A stretch of DNA of 64,000 nucleotides from a virus, in the IMG/VR virus record IMGVR_UViG_3300031088_000734, one strand, 5' to 3'. The translations under genes were made by a program, and so were the position numbers. The notes under the pieces are model-generated. The model worked only from the letters and a program-made list of their open reading frames with translations. It was not told where the DNA came from and searched no databases. This document shows positions 19,575 to 28,258 of this stretch, piece after piece (positions within the stretch are counted from its first letter, which is position 1; every line of letters begins with the position of its first letter).

Positions 19575-19886
19575 AATAATTCTCCTATTCGTTAATCTAC
19601 GAATCCATAAGAGTTTTATTTATTATTGATGAATATGTCGCTACTATATCACGATGTTGTTTTGAACGCAAGCCATTATTTCAAAATCTTCTTTCAGCTT
19701 TCGTGTCGTTCGTCTGGATTGTGAACTTGAAGATGCTATAAGCCCTTTAAAACCTTGCATTGATGGCTGATTTCTTGTAGAATACAGACAGAATTGAGCA
19801 GCTCGCAATGGCGACAAAAAATGCTTTTTTCTCATGTTAAAGCTGATCGCAGACTTTAAATCATAACCTTATTTGGAGATAAACTT

Positions 19887-20291
19887 ATGTATCAATCCTA
19901 TCAAGATTTTTTGAAAGCAACCGAAGAATCCCATGCCGCTATGGTAACTTCTGGTGAAAAAATGAGTGTGGATGCCTATCGTGAAACGGTTGCCAAGTTA
20001 TTTGGTTACGAAACAATCGAGGCTTTCAAAGATGCACTGGACAGCAATTACCAGTCAAGTTACGTCTTGGTGTATATGTGGCAAGGTGTTACTGACACTG
20101 TTCGCACTTACAAAACAACCGAAGCAGGTCGAAATCAGATGTTGGAAGATTTCACCGACAAGGTAAAAGACCGTCTGGATGTATTGCCTGATGGATCATT
20201 GTCGAGCGAAGACCAGTGCATTTTGGATGACGCAATTGATTCTCTGTTCTATGAAGATTCAAAAATTACTGTAACGTGCTATAAGGTTTAA
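19887..20291 (+). CDS. hypothetical protein
   Basis: 134 aa, GGAG RBS, terminator downstream. Confidence 0.8.
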   Translation: MYQSYQDFLKATEESHAAMVTSGEKMSVDAYRETVAKLFGYETIEAFKDALDSNYQSSYVLVYMWQGVTDTVRTYKTTEAGRNQMLEDFTDKVKDRLDVLPDGSLSSEDQCILDDAIDSLFYEDSKITVTCYKV

Positions 20292-20393
20292 GAATAATCA
20301 GTTAAAAAGAAACCATCTTCAGGTGGTTTTTTGTTTTCATGTTAAAGGTTCAATTTTACTCCATATTATGATATAATTCGACCATTCAACCAA

Positions 20394-21353
20394 TTGTTTT
20401 TTATTGAGGATTTAACAATGAAAGTTATCCAGCACAATGCACATTTTAATCGTTCTCTGCCAAAAAATGTAATTTCCGATAACTTGGTTTCATTTTTGGA
20501 GATGATTAATCAAGAATTTTCATTTGAACAAGCTCATCTCTATCATCTGACGAATGAAAATATCAATGATTACAAAAGTGTCGTCATTGAAGCTATTGGT
20601 AATCGTATTAAATTGCTTCGTGGTGTTGGGCCAAGAGAGAACCAAGAGTCATTGGTTAAGGAAATTAATTCTGATTTTGATGAGATCGTGGATTCAAATA
20701 TTTTGCCAGCATCTTTGATTATTTTCGATTATATCTATGGTTCAACAGTAGAATCTTCAATGGTATTTTTTCATGAGCATAATGATATGTTAATGATTAA
20801 CACTAAATTTTCTACATTAAGCTTTAAAAGCAACTATTTTCAGGCTCCACCAATTTCATCATCTGATGGTCGTTATTATCCTCCTGTTGTAGAATCGCTG
20901 GCTTATGAAAGTTCAACGACAAAGGGGACTTTTCCTTTTGCATCATTTTTAATCCCTGTTAATATGGAGAAAAATCAATTTGAATCCCACTACAGAGAAC
21001 GTCATCAGAAAAAAGCAGAACTTCAACTGAGAGAACTGGACGGTGGTCAATTTGATTTTAAACAATTAACACTTCCACCTAATTTCGACATTCATCAATT
21101 TGTTTCTCGACATCATGGTAATCCAAAAGTTCTTAATGCGAAACTTATCTACAATAATGAAGTTATTTTTAATGATTATGAGATTATTGATCGTGATCCA
21201 CAAAAAATGGTCGCTCAAAAGTTGATCCCGTTTTTGACTGATTTTAAGTCGCAATACGAAATCATTGATAGCATTCCTGTTCAGGTTTCTTCCGAATATT
21301 ATCAACATTTTAAAACTAATATCTTGCCTGTCATTGAGATGGCTAAATGTTAA
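20394..21353 (+). CDS. C-terminal-motif family protein (ends VIEMAKC)
   Basis: 319 aa from TTG; ATG at 20418 after GAGGA is the likelier start. Confidence 0.85.
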   Translation: MFFIEDLTMKVIQHNAHFNRSLPKNVISDNLVSFLEMINQEFSFEQAHLYHLTNENINDYKSVVIEAIGNRIKLLRGVGPRENQESLVKEINSDFDEIVDSNILPASLIIFDYIYGSTVESSMVFFHEHNDMLMINTKFSTLSFKSNYFQAPPISSSDGRYYPPVVESLAYESSTTKGTFPFASFLIPVNMEKNQFESHYRERHQKKAELQLRELDGGQFDFKQLTLPPNFDIHQFVSRHHGNPKVLNAKLIYNNEVIFNDYEIIDRDPQKMVAQKLIPFLTDFKSQYEIIDSIPVQVSSEYYQHFKTNILPVIEMAKC

Positions 21354-21371
21354 TATTTTCGAAAAAAAGTC

Positions 21372-21400
21372 TTGCCAAAGGGTTTAAAATGTCGTATAAT
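21372..21400 (+). promoter_or_regulatory. sigma70-type promoter of the ncRNA unit
   Basis: TTGCCA-17 bp-TATAAT. Confidence 0.85.
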
Positions 21401-21422
21401 GGCCCCGTTGTAAAGCAGTAAG

Positions 21423-21744
21423 TAATCTTGGGAAGTTGGCTTAAAAGCAGCCATCTTATAATGAGTAGAGCGGTTGCCATAGGTGTTTGGGATTTAGTGA
21501 TGGTAAGCATCGGGTTTAAATGATTTAGCGGTCATTTGAGGGTATCGGTGACAAGTGAGCCACGGTTTGTCGAAATCGAATCCACATTAAAGTAGATTTT
21601 GCAGATCAAAACGTCTCAGCCAAAAACTCCCAGTTCTTGCAATAATGTAAGAATTCGCCGTGGTTGTGGTCTTGGTAAAGTAAGGAGGCACCCCAGAAAT
21701 GGTAAGGCCGAATTCTCTTTTGGCGTAATAGCACACCATGATTA
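21423..21744 (+). ncRNA. structured RNA containing a split mimic of the 23S rRNA GTPase-associated centre (H43-H44)
   Basis: GGAAGTTGGCTTAAAAGCAGCCATC...GAGT (21431-21466) and GCGTAATAGCACAC (21723-21736) match 23S ~1055-1104; closing helix TAATCTTGG/CCATGATTA. Confidence 0.75.
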
Positions 21745-21764
21745 TGATTGTTTTCGCAACAAAA

Positions 21765-21833
21765 CTGCCACTAAGGCTGACCTTAGCCCTCTAAAAGCTA
21801 AAGGGAACGGTTCGACTCCGTTGTGGTGGGCCA
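21765..21833 (+). tRNA. atypical 69-nt tRNA-like element, anticodon CUA (amber), reduced D arm
   Basis: Acceptor CTGCCAC/GTGGTGG + G + CCA; T arm AACGG-TTCGACT-CCGTT; loop CT-CTA-AA; D arm AGG-CTGA-CCT. Confidence 0.7.
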
Positions 21834-21843
21834 ACTTTAAACT

Positions 21844-21880
21844 AAATGCCAGCTCATAGCGATATGATGTTGGCATTTTT
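21844..21880 (+). terminator. intrinsic terminator ending the ncRNA unit
   Basis: AAATGCCAGC...GTTGGCATTT followed by TT. Confidence 0.75.
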
Positions 21881-21936
21881 ATTGTCTTTATTTTATTTTT
21901 GTGTTATAATCGTCCAAATTTTTGGAGATCCATTGA

Positions 21937-22593
21937 ATGCCTACTCCCGATAGAATTGCTCAGTTAACTGCAGTGATTAATATGAGTCAGCTTGATAAAA
22001 TTGAGCGGTTAACCACTACTATTAAAAAATTCTACGACATTGATGTTGCTGACATAAAACTGGTCAAGAACCAATCTAGCCAGTATGTTGCGAAAACATC
22101 ACTTGGTCCGGCTCGTATTTATGTCTATTCACATTGCATTGATATTAAATTCACATCAACTGTAGAATTTGATGGTCAACAACTTACTCTGAAAAAATCC
22201 ACTGGGGTTATTCAAACCATCTTTGATGACATTAATAAACGAACCGTTATTTTCAATGTCGTAAAATTACGTCAACAGAATGATAAAAATGTCCACTTTT
22301 ATGCGAATACAAAGTTCAGTATTAAGATCGTGGTGCGATTTTCTGCAACTAATCCACAACTGTATTTTAAAGCGACACCTTATTCAACGTATTCTTTCTT
22401 CAACTACATGAATGAATGTGCTATGTCGGGTTATAAAAAGACGATGGAAGTGTATTATTTGAAAGATGAGTTTGATTCAATTACGGGTGTTGACCAAGCG
22501 TTCTCTTTTATTAAAGATTACTTTAAAGGTCGAAATCTAACACTGGATGATGCGAAACGTTTGTCTGACTTACAGGATATGGTGAAAATATGA
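21937..22593 (+). CDS. C-terminal-motif family protein (ends LQDMVKI)
   Basis: 218 aa, GGAG RBS. Confidence 0.85.
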   Translation: MPTPDRIAQLTAVINMSQLDKIERLTTTIKKFYDIDVADIKLVKNQSSQYVAKTSLGPARIYVYSHCIDIKFTSTVEFDGQQLTLKKSTGVIQTIFDDINKRTVIFNVVKLRQQNDKNVHFYANTKFSIKIVVRFSATNPQLYFKATPYSTYSFFNYMNECAMSGYKKTMEVYYLKDEFDSITGVDQAFSFIKDYFKGRNLTLDDAKRLSDLQDMVKI

Positions 22594-23225
22594 GCAGCTT
22601 AGATGAAGCAAATTCTGCGTTTTATAGTGATGGCATTGATGCGGCTAAATCTCTATTAAAGGAACACTTTAATCTTACGTTTTATACTGACCATGACTAT
22701 AAAGCAGATGGAGATTATGCTGTTGATATTTATATTTCAAACAGTGATGTTATCTATCTAACTTTTAAAGACATGATCTCATTAAATGATGGTATCTTGG
22801 TGTCTTCATTTGATCATCCAACTATTAATAAATATTTGGCAGACATGAACGGGCTATTTCATATTTTTGATGCTGTCCGATTTACAACAGAAGATAAGAA
22901 AGTTTTTTATCCAGTTATTAACAACCTGAAACCATCTATCATCTTCAAATATAGCATACTTAATAAAGAAATGGCCATTTCGGTTCAGTTACTTAATACG
23001 ATTCAAAAAGATGGTCAATCTATTTGTACAATAACAAAAGATACGATTATTCAACATACTTATGAACCAGCAGAGTTTCAACATATTTATGGATTGAAAA
23101 GCCCTTTTTATCATAGCGATCTATTGATTTACAAAGAAAGAATTTTAAGAGTGTGGGCAATTTCTCCTGAAGAAACTGTTGACTATAAGCAAATGGGACA
23201 ATTAACTGATATGATTCATATTTAA
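22590..23225 (+). CDS. C-terminal-motif family protein (ends LTDMIHI)
   Basis: 211 aa; paralog of 23236-23892 (PVINNLKP/PVLPNIKP, IQxxYEPxxFxxIY). Confidence 0.85.
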   Translation: MSSLDEANSAFYSDGIDAAKSLLKEHFNLTFYTDHDYKADGDYAVDIYISNSDVIYLTFKDMISLNDGILVSSFDHPTINKYLADMNGLFHIFDAVRFTTEDKKVFYPVINNLKPSIIFKYSILNKEMAISVQLLNTIQKDGQSICTITKDTIIQHTYEPAEFQHIYGLKSPFYHSDLLIYKERILRVWAISPEETVDYKQMGQLTDMIHI

Positions 23226-23235
23226 GGACATTGTA

Positions 23236-23892
23236 ATGACTGATAAATCAACTTATATTGATGAACTTCCCATTGAATATAAAACCTTACAAAGTATCGT
23301 AAGCAATCAATTTGGATTGGTGGTTTCTAATTTTAAACTGGCTCATTATGATGGTTATATTGGACAATCTCAATACAATGAAACAGTTCATATTTTCATG
23401 TCTCGTTCGGTCTATTATACTTTTTCATTTGAAAAAGTTATTACTATTGAAAACAATCAAGTTATTACTTTATTAAATTCACATGTTATTCAACATATTC
23501 TTGATGACATTAACAAGACACTTCATATAACAGAAGCTTTGCGATTTACTTGTGATGGAGTAACTTATATTCCTGTTCTACCTAATATTAAACCTTGGCT
23601 TGTTTTTAAATATAATAATAAACTTGAATTCATGACCATTGAAATACATTTTTCAGTAATTCGTGAAGAAGGATGTGATGAGCCTTATGAATTAACCACA
23701 AAAAATGTATTCATTCAAAATGCCTATGAGCCATCAGGTTTCAAGAAAATTTATTCCATAACGGGAGAACTTATTCAAGATGATTTAGCTGGATATCACA
23801 GTAAATTGTTAGCCATATGGGGACTTCCAGAAGACGCTACTGATATTGATTATCACCGTTTAGGTCTTTTAAGTGACATGATCAGTATTTGA
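23236..23892 (+). CDS. C-terminal-motif family protein (ends LSDMISI)
   Basis: 218 aa; paralog of 22590-23225. Confidence 0.85.
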   Translation: MTDKSTYIDELPIEYKTLQSIVSNQFGLVVSNFKLAHYDGYIGQSQYNETVHIFMSRSVYYTFSFEKVITIENNQVITLLNSHVIQHILDDINKTLHITEALRFTCDGVTYIPVLPNIKPWLVFKYNNKLEFMTIEIHFSVIREEGCDEPYELTTKNVFIQNAYEPSGFKKIYSITGELIQDDLAGYHSKLLAIWGLPEDATDIDYHRLGLLSDMISI

Positions 23893-23947
23893 TTGCTTGA
23901 TTTTTAATATTCTGTTATAATCGTGAACCTTATTGGAGCTATCAATC

Positions 23948-24097
23948 ATGAAAAAATCCCTGTTGGCTATTTGTTTTATGTTTACTGTCAATCAAGCTCA
24001 TTCTGCTGATCGTGTGGTCATTGATATTTTTATGCCTCTGACGGTTTGCATTCCTAAACCGGCTCCTGTTTTGACGTTGAAAAAATGTGAGCTTTAA
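23948..24097 (+). CDS. 49-aa exported peptide (not in ORF track)
   Basis: MKKSLLAICFMFTVNQAHS|ADRVV...; GGAG RBS, TGTTATAAT upstream. Confidence 0.6.
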   Translation: MKKSLLAICFMFTVNQAHSADRVVIDIFMPLTVCIPKPAPVLTLKKCEL

Positions 24098-24589
24098 TTG
24101 ACACATTATACCAGTTTTAAAGAATTGCTTGACTATCCTGTTCAAGCAGTTGTCGATGAGACTTATGCAGTAGAAGATTATTTAGCTCTTCATTTGTGTA
24201 ATTTTGTTGAATTTCCTACTAATTTTAACGTCAATAAAGCCATTAAAGTACATGTCATTCAAGATTTTTGTTATGATGGTCGGCGTGTCTGGCAACTTTT
24301 CTATGTTACCTTCAAAGATGAACTGGTGATGTTTTGCTATTCAGCCGGACGGGAAGGTCGTGATAGTTATTCTAGTAAACTTTTTAATACAAAAGCTTTT
24401 ACTGATATGCTGCTTTTCATTGCGGAACAAGATGATTATTATGACGAATCATTTAAATTAACTGAATTAAATACTATTTGTAACCTCGTCCATCGACAAA
24501 ATATTACAATCACGAATCTTGATGAAAAAGCCGATGATTTCATTAATTTTTACGGCAATAAACTCAATGATGTCTTTAGTAATTGGTAA
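24098..24589 (+). CDS. hypothetical protein
   Basis: 163 aa, abuts upstream stop. Confidence 0.75.
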   Translation: MTHYTSFKELLDYPVQAVVDETYAVEDYLALHLCNFVEFPTNFNVNKAIKVHVIQDFCYDGRRVWQLFYVTFKDELVMFCYSAGREGRDSYSSKLFNTKAFTDMLLFIAEQDDYYDESFKLTELNTICNLVHRQNITITNLDEKADDFINFYGNKLNDVFSNW

Positions 24590-24633
24590 CGTTGTGGTAT
24601 AATACAAGCCACACATGAGAGTAGAGGCGTATC

Positions 24634-25158
24634 ATGACACTATCTATCCGCAAAGAATACGAAACATTAGGGGTTGATACCTATTACAGCGACCATGCTG
24701 AAACGTATCATAATCCTCATGCTGTCTTTGCTTTGACCTGTCTTGACCAGCTTTGGAACCCAGCCTTTAAAAACGTTCTGGATTTGGCTTGTGGTGATGG
24801 GCTTGTCTCTAAACACCTTGCTAAAACGAAACAGGTTAATTCGGTGGTTGGGTGTGATAAATTTCTATTTTCCCGTTATCAAAGAGAAACCCATAATCAA
24901 TGCTTTGACTATTCGTTTGAAGACATTGCTAATGGAAACTTCGAAATGCCAAAAGTCGATGTGATTGTATTGAGCTATGCCATTGACCTTGTAGAATCAT
25001 CGTATTTGAGCACTATGCTTTATGGCTTGTCTACAATTGCTGATCATTTGATTGTTATTCGCCCTAACAATCATGTTGTTGAACACTTTGCTTGGCAATT
25101 GTCGAAAACAGTAAAAGTAGAAAAATCGCGTGGAATGTTGTATACAAAAACCATTTAA
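24634..25158 (+). CDS. class I SAM-dependent methyltransferase
   Basis: VLDLACGDG motif I; VVGCD; DVIVLSYAI. Confidence 0.8.
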   Translation: MTLSIRKEYETLGVDTYYSDHAETYHNPHAVFALTCLDQLWNPAFKNVLDLACGDGLVSKHLAKTKQVNSVVGCDKFLFSRYQRETHNQCFDYSFEDIANGNFEMPKVDVIVLSYAIDLVESSYLSTMLYGLSTIADHLIVIRPNNHVVEHFAWQLSKTVKVEKSRGMLYTKTI

Positions 25159-25172
25159 TTAGGAGTTGTAAA

Positions 25173-25607
25173 ATGATGAAGAAAATTGTTGGTGTTATGT
25201 TGATGACTTTGAGTTTGATGAGTATGAGTGCTCATGCCAATATGGCCGTTATGACAGCTACTAACACAGCTATCATCAATACAGTTGCCGCATCTAGTGT
25301 GATTGATGAACCCGAAGCAGAACGAGTATCTGAGCCAGAAGCGGTATCTGTCAAGGTCGAAGCGAAAGAAAAGACCTATACTATTGAGCCAGCCGGTAGT
25401 TACCTGTTGACTGTCTGCAGTCGTGAACAAGTGCAAACGGCTCTTGCTTGGCAAACGCTCTGTTCCGCTGATCGTAGTAAATCTTTTACGATTAATATGT
25501 GCCCAATCATGTCTTACTTGCGTTACTGTCAACCGGCTACTGCACAAGAAGTTAAAGGTTTAAAACCCGTGAAAGCCAACTACAACAACGTATTCTTGAA
25601 AGAATAA
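25173..25607 (+). CDS. exported hypothetical protein
   Basis: ATG 25173 after AGGAG; signal peptide ...SMSAHA|; four Cys in C-terminal half. Confidence 0.75.
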   Translation: MMKKIVGVMLMTLSLMSMSAHANMAVMTATNTAIINTVAASSVIDEPEAERVSEPEAVSVKVEAKEKTYTIEPAGSYLLTVCSREQVQTALAWQTLCSADRSKSFTINMCPIMSYLRYCQPATAQEVKGLKPVKANYNNVFLKE

Positions 25608-25617
25608 GGGTGATATT

Positions 25618-26100
25618 ATGAACACTACACAACTCATGTATTCGATTACTTTTGAGAAAACTAATGAGTTCTCCGTGAATCATGACGATTTGAAACGAGT
25701 AACCAATACAGTCATTGAGAATTGGGCGAGTGAGGGCGACTTGACCGTTGCCAATGCAAAGCCAGAAGCCTATGAAAATGCTTGGGATTATGTGGATCTA
25801 CATCGTCGCTTGATTTCTGGTAGGCTTTTGCAGTATAATAGCCGGGTTGATGGTAATGACCTTGTGATTGAATTTAACTTGAATGAAATCTTAGGTAGTT
25901 CAGCAGCCATTAAGGCCGATTACTGGGAAGATAAATATCTTCAAGACTACAATGATGTTGAAAAATTGTTTCACCCTTTGATTGATGGCTTTTTCAATAA
26001 TTTTGCAGGAGCCTTTGCTTTTATTATGTTTAAGGAAATGTCTGCCAGTAAAGATTTTAAAGACTATCCAGAAATGCAACACAAATTGTTTAACCAATAA
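25618..26100 (+). CDS. hypothetical protein
   Basis: 160 aa ORF. Confidence 0.8.
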   Translation: MNTTQLMYSITFEKTNEFSVNHDDLKRVTNTVIENWASEGDLTVANAKPEAYENAWDYVDLHRRLISGRLLQYNSRVDGNDLVIEFNLNEILGSSAAIKADYWEDKYLQDYNDVEKLFHPLIDGFFNNFAGAFAFIMFKEMSASKDFKDYPEMQHKLFNQ

Positions 26101-26132
26101 ATTTAACTCTCTTCTTAAAGGAAAAAACTAAA

Positions 26133-26471
26133 ATGCGTAAAATGATGAAACTGATGATTTCTGTTGTTACTTTCTCACTTTGTGGTTTCCAAGCGGTTGC
26201 TTTGGCTGGCCCGGTTATTATCATGCCGCGAGTGTATGTGGCTCCAGTTCGTGTATCCACACCTGCACCGGCTGTTAAAGTAACGCCACCACCTGCCCGT
26301 GTTGCGACTCCTAAAACCAGTCAACCCGAATCAACAGCCAGTAGCCTTGTTCCTATTATGACAGGTATTTCTGTTATGAACGCTACATCGTCAGCGAATG
26401 CAGCCGCTAATCAAGATGAAGACGATAATGAAGACGATAATGTTGACGGTGAAGAAGAACTAGACGAATAA
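26133..26471 (+). CDS. exported low-complexity protein (Pro-rich middle, acidic tail)
   Basis: 112 aa; signal peptide AVALA|; tail EDDNEDDNVDGEEELDE. Confidence 0.7.
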   Translation: MRKMMKLMISVVTFSLCGFQAVALAGPVIIMPRVYVAPVRVSTPAPAVKVTPPPARVATPKTSQPESTASSLVPIMTGISVMNATSSANAAANQDEDDNEDDNVDGEEELDE

Positions 26472-26576
26472 CATTTTTTGTCTATGAGTGACTAGATTTC
26501 TATAATGAACTCTAGTCACCAAGGCATGATTGTGGTATAATACTTCCAATAAAGTAAACAACCATTTTCTACAATT

Positions 26577-27218
26577 GTGTCTATACAGGTAAATGACATG
26601 ACCACTCAAAAAGAATACCCGTTGATTGACAACCTTGAAGCGGTGAAACGTAAAAAGTTCGCCACTGTCGAAGATCGTTTGACCTCTATTATCGCTGTAT
26701 TGGATGAAGAAGTAATATCTCGTGGTCTTGAATATAGCCCTGAAAGAACTGTTCCAGAAGATATGGCTCGACAGTCTAACTTTCGTTGGGATGTGGCTGG
26801 TTGTGTTTTTACTGGTAAAAAAATGCTCAATGCCATGCAAAAACAAAAAGTCACTAATATTGTTACTAAAAACTATTTGCTTTGTGTTAAACATCCAGAA
26901 ATCTTCTATGATTCTGCTGCAATGATGTTTTATAATTTTTATAATAAAGATAGCGGTAGTGGTTTGAGTGCTGATGAAAACAACGAAATCATTAAAAATA
27001 TTTTTGGCGATGACTTTGATAAATTGCAAGTAGCGTTTGATGAGTGGTTGGTGGAGCATATTGAAAAAATGATAATCCCACATCCAGAATGGATTAATGT
27101 TGATCCTGTTAAGCATATCGCAATACAAATCAAATATTATCAAGAAACGTATAAAGGTGCTTTTTTCATGCCTTCTGTTGAAAAAGCCATTCAAAATGTA
27201 ACCAATGTAACAGTTTAA
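26577..27218 (+). CDS. hypothetical protein
   Basis: 213 aa ORF; the 244-aa antisense ORF is a shadow. Confidence 0.8.
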   Translation: MSIQVNDMTTQKEYPLIDNLEAVKRKKFATVEDRLTSIIAVLDEEVISRGLEYSPERTVPEDMARQSNFRWDVAGCVFTGKKMLNAMQKQKVTNIVTKNYLLCVKHPEIFYDSAAMMFYNFYNKDSGSGLSADENNEIIKNIFGDDFDKLQVAFDEWLVEHIEKMIIPHPEWINVDPVKHIAIQIKYYQETYKGAFFMPSVEKAIQNVTNVTV

Positions 27219-27330
27219 CCATCATTTTGTCTTATAATCAGCCTCTTCGGAGGCTTTTTTTTATAAAATTTTCTTCACTTGATTTTTTATCGTTTAGTGC
27301 TATTCTTTTAGTTACACTAATGGAGCCACT

Positions 27331-27915
27331 ATGTTCAGTAAATTTATTAATTACATCAAATTAGATAAAACAACGATTCTTATTCTTATTGCAATCTTGT
27401 CGTTTAAGTCGTTTGCTTATAATCCTTCTTATGTTCCAACTGGCTCAATGATCCCGACGATTGATGAAAAGTCATTTATCTTGGTGGATGTTCATAGTTA
27501 TGGCATCAAGATCCCTTTCACTAAAATTGAACTGTTGAAAACAGGTCATCCAGAACGTGGTGATATTGCTGTTTTTAGAATGCCTTTGGATGAAAGAACT
27601 AATTATGTTAAACGTATTGTGGCTGTTGCTGGCGATACTGTTTATTTCAATGATAACTCTTTCAAAATCAACGAAGTTCCAACGGATATGCCAAACATGA
27701 AGAAAGCGGTTGTGCCGGTTGGTTACTATTTTGCTATCGGTGATAACATCAACCATTCCTATGATAGCCGTTTCTGGGGTTATGTGCCAGAAGCTAACCT
27801 TGTGGGTAAATATGTGACTACGTTACTCAGTTTGAACAAAATATTACCACACTCCGATACTCCTGCAGAACATGAGAAGCATGGCGAAGACAAGCTGAAG
27901 TTGCAAAAACAATAA
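27331..27915 (+). CDS. lepB: signal peptidase I (S26)
   Basis: One TM, VPTGSMIPT (catalytic Ser), RGDIAVF, YVKRIVAVAGD (catalytic Lys), GDNINHSYDSRFWG. Confidence 0.92.
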   Translation: MFSKFINYIKLDKTTILILIAILSFKSFAYNPSYVPTGSMIPTIDEKSFILVDVHSYGIKIPFTKIELLKTGHPERGDIAVFRMPLDERTNYVKRIVAVAGDTVYFNDNSFKINEVPTDMPNMKKAVVPVGYYFAIGDNINHSYDSRFWGYVPEANLVGKYVTTLLSLNKILPHSDTPAEHEKHGEDKLKLQKQ

Positions 27916-27953
27916 ATTATGTTATACTTGGCTCCAACAAAGGAGCCATTTTT

Positions 27954-28229
27954 ATGTCTAATAAAATTTTTATCGCATTCGTCAACTTGGTTGATAAATA
28001 TGAAAAAACATTGAATGAACTCGATGACCCAGAACTGATGAAGTCAGATAAGTCGTTTGCTGGCATGATGGAAGATTTTAAGAAAGAATTTGTGAGCTAT
28101 TGGCTGCTGATTGAACAGTATGGCCGACTTAAAGTGTTTGGCAATCAAGAAGAAATGTTAGCAACTGTTACTGAGATGCAAAAAATCATTACAGCCAAAA
28201 ATGCTCCATCTAACGAAAATTTTTCTTGA
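27954..28229 (+). CDS. hypothetical protein
   Basis: 91 aa, AAGGAG RBS. Confidence 0.8.
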   Translation: MSNKIFIAFVNLVDKYEKTLNELDDPELMKSDKSFAGMMEDFKKEFVSYWLLIEQYGRLKVFGNQEEMLATVTEMQKIITAKNAPSNENFS

Positions 28230-28258
28230 ATTAATTAATTTAATAAGGAGTAGTCTTC

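Noticed and set aside
21467-21722. Calling the insert a group I intron, tmRNA or RNase P RNA
   Set aside because: No P1 guide or P7 core, no tmRNA acceptor ends or tag-like ORF, and no RNase P P4 signature could be identified by eye; kept only as a testable hypothesis
21423-21744. A true 23S rRNA gene or host chromosomal contamination
   Set aside because: Similarity is limited to about 50 nt in two blocks; flanks are element-type ORFs and no other rRNA sequence is present
21599-21859. 86-aa ORF in the track
   Set aside because: TTG start without an RBS; it runs through the structured RNA and tRNA-like element, which explain the sequence better
26490-26521. Inverted repeat GTGACTAGA...TCTAGTCAC as a mobile-element end
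   Set aside because: Single occurrence just after a stop codon with no transposase nearby; most simply a terminator-type hairpin
26460-27194. 244-aa minus-strand ORF (likewise 29425-29964, 47564-48151, 28660-29073, 37004-37465, 43456-43851)
   Set aside because: Each lies opposite a better-supported plus-strand gene and has the F/I/N-rich composition typical of antisense frames
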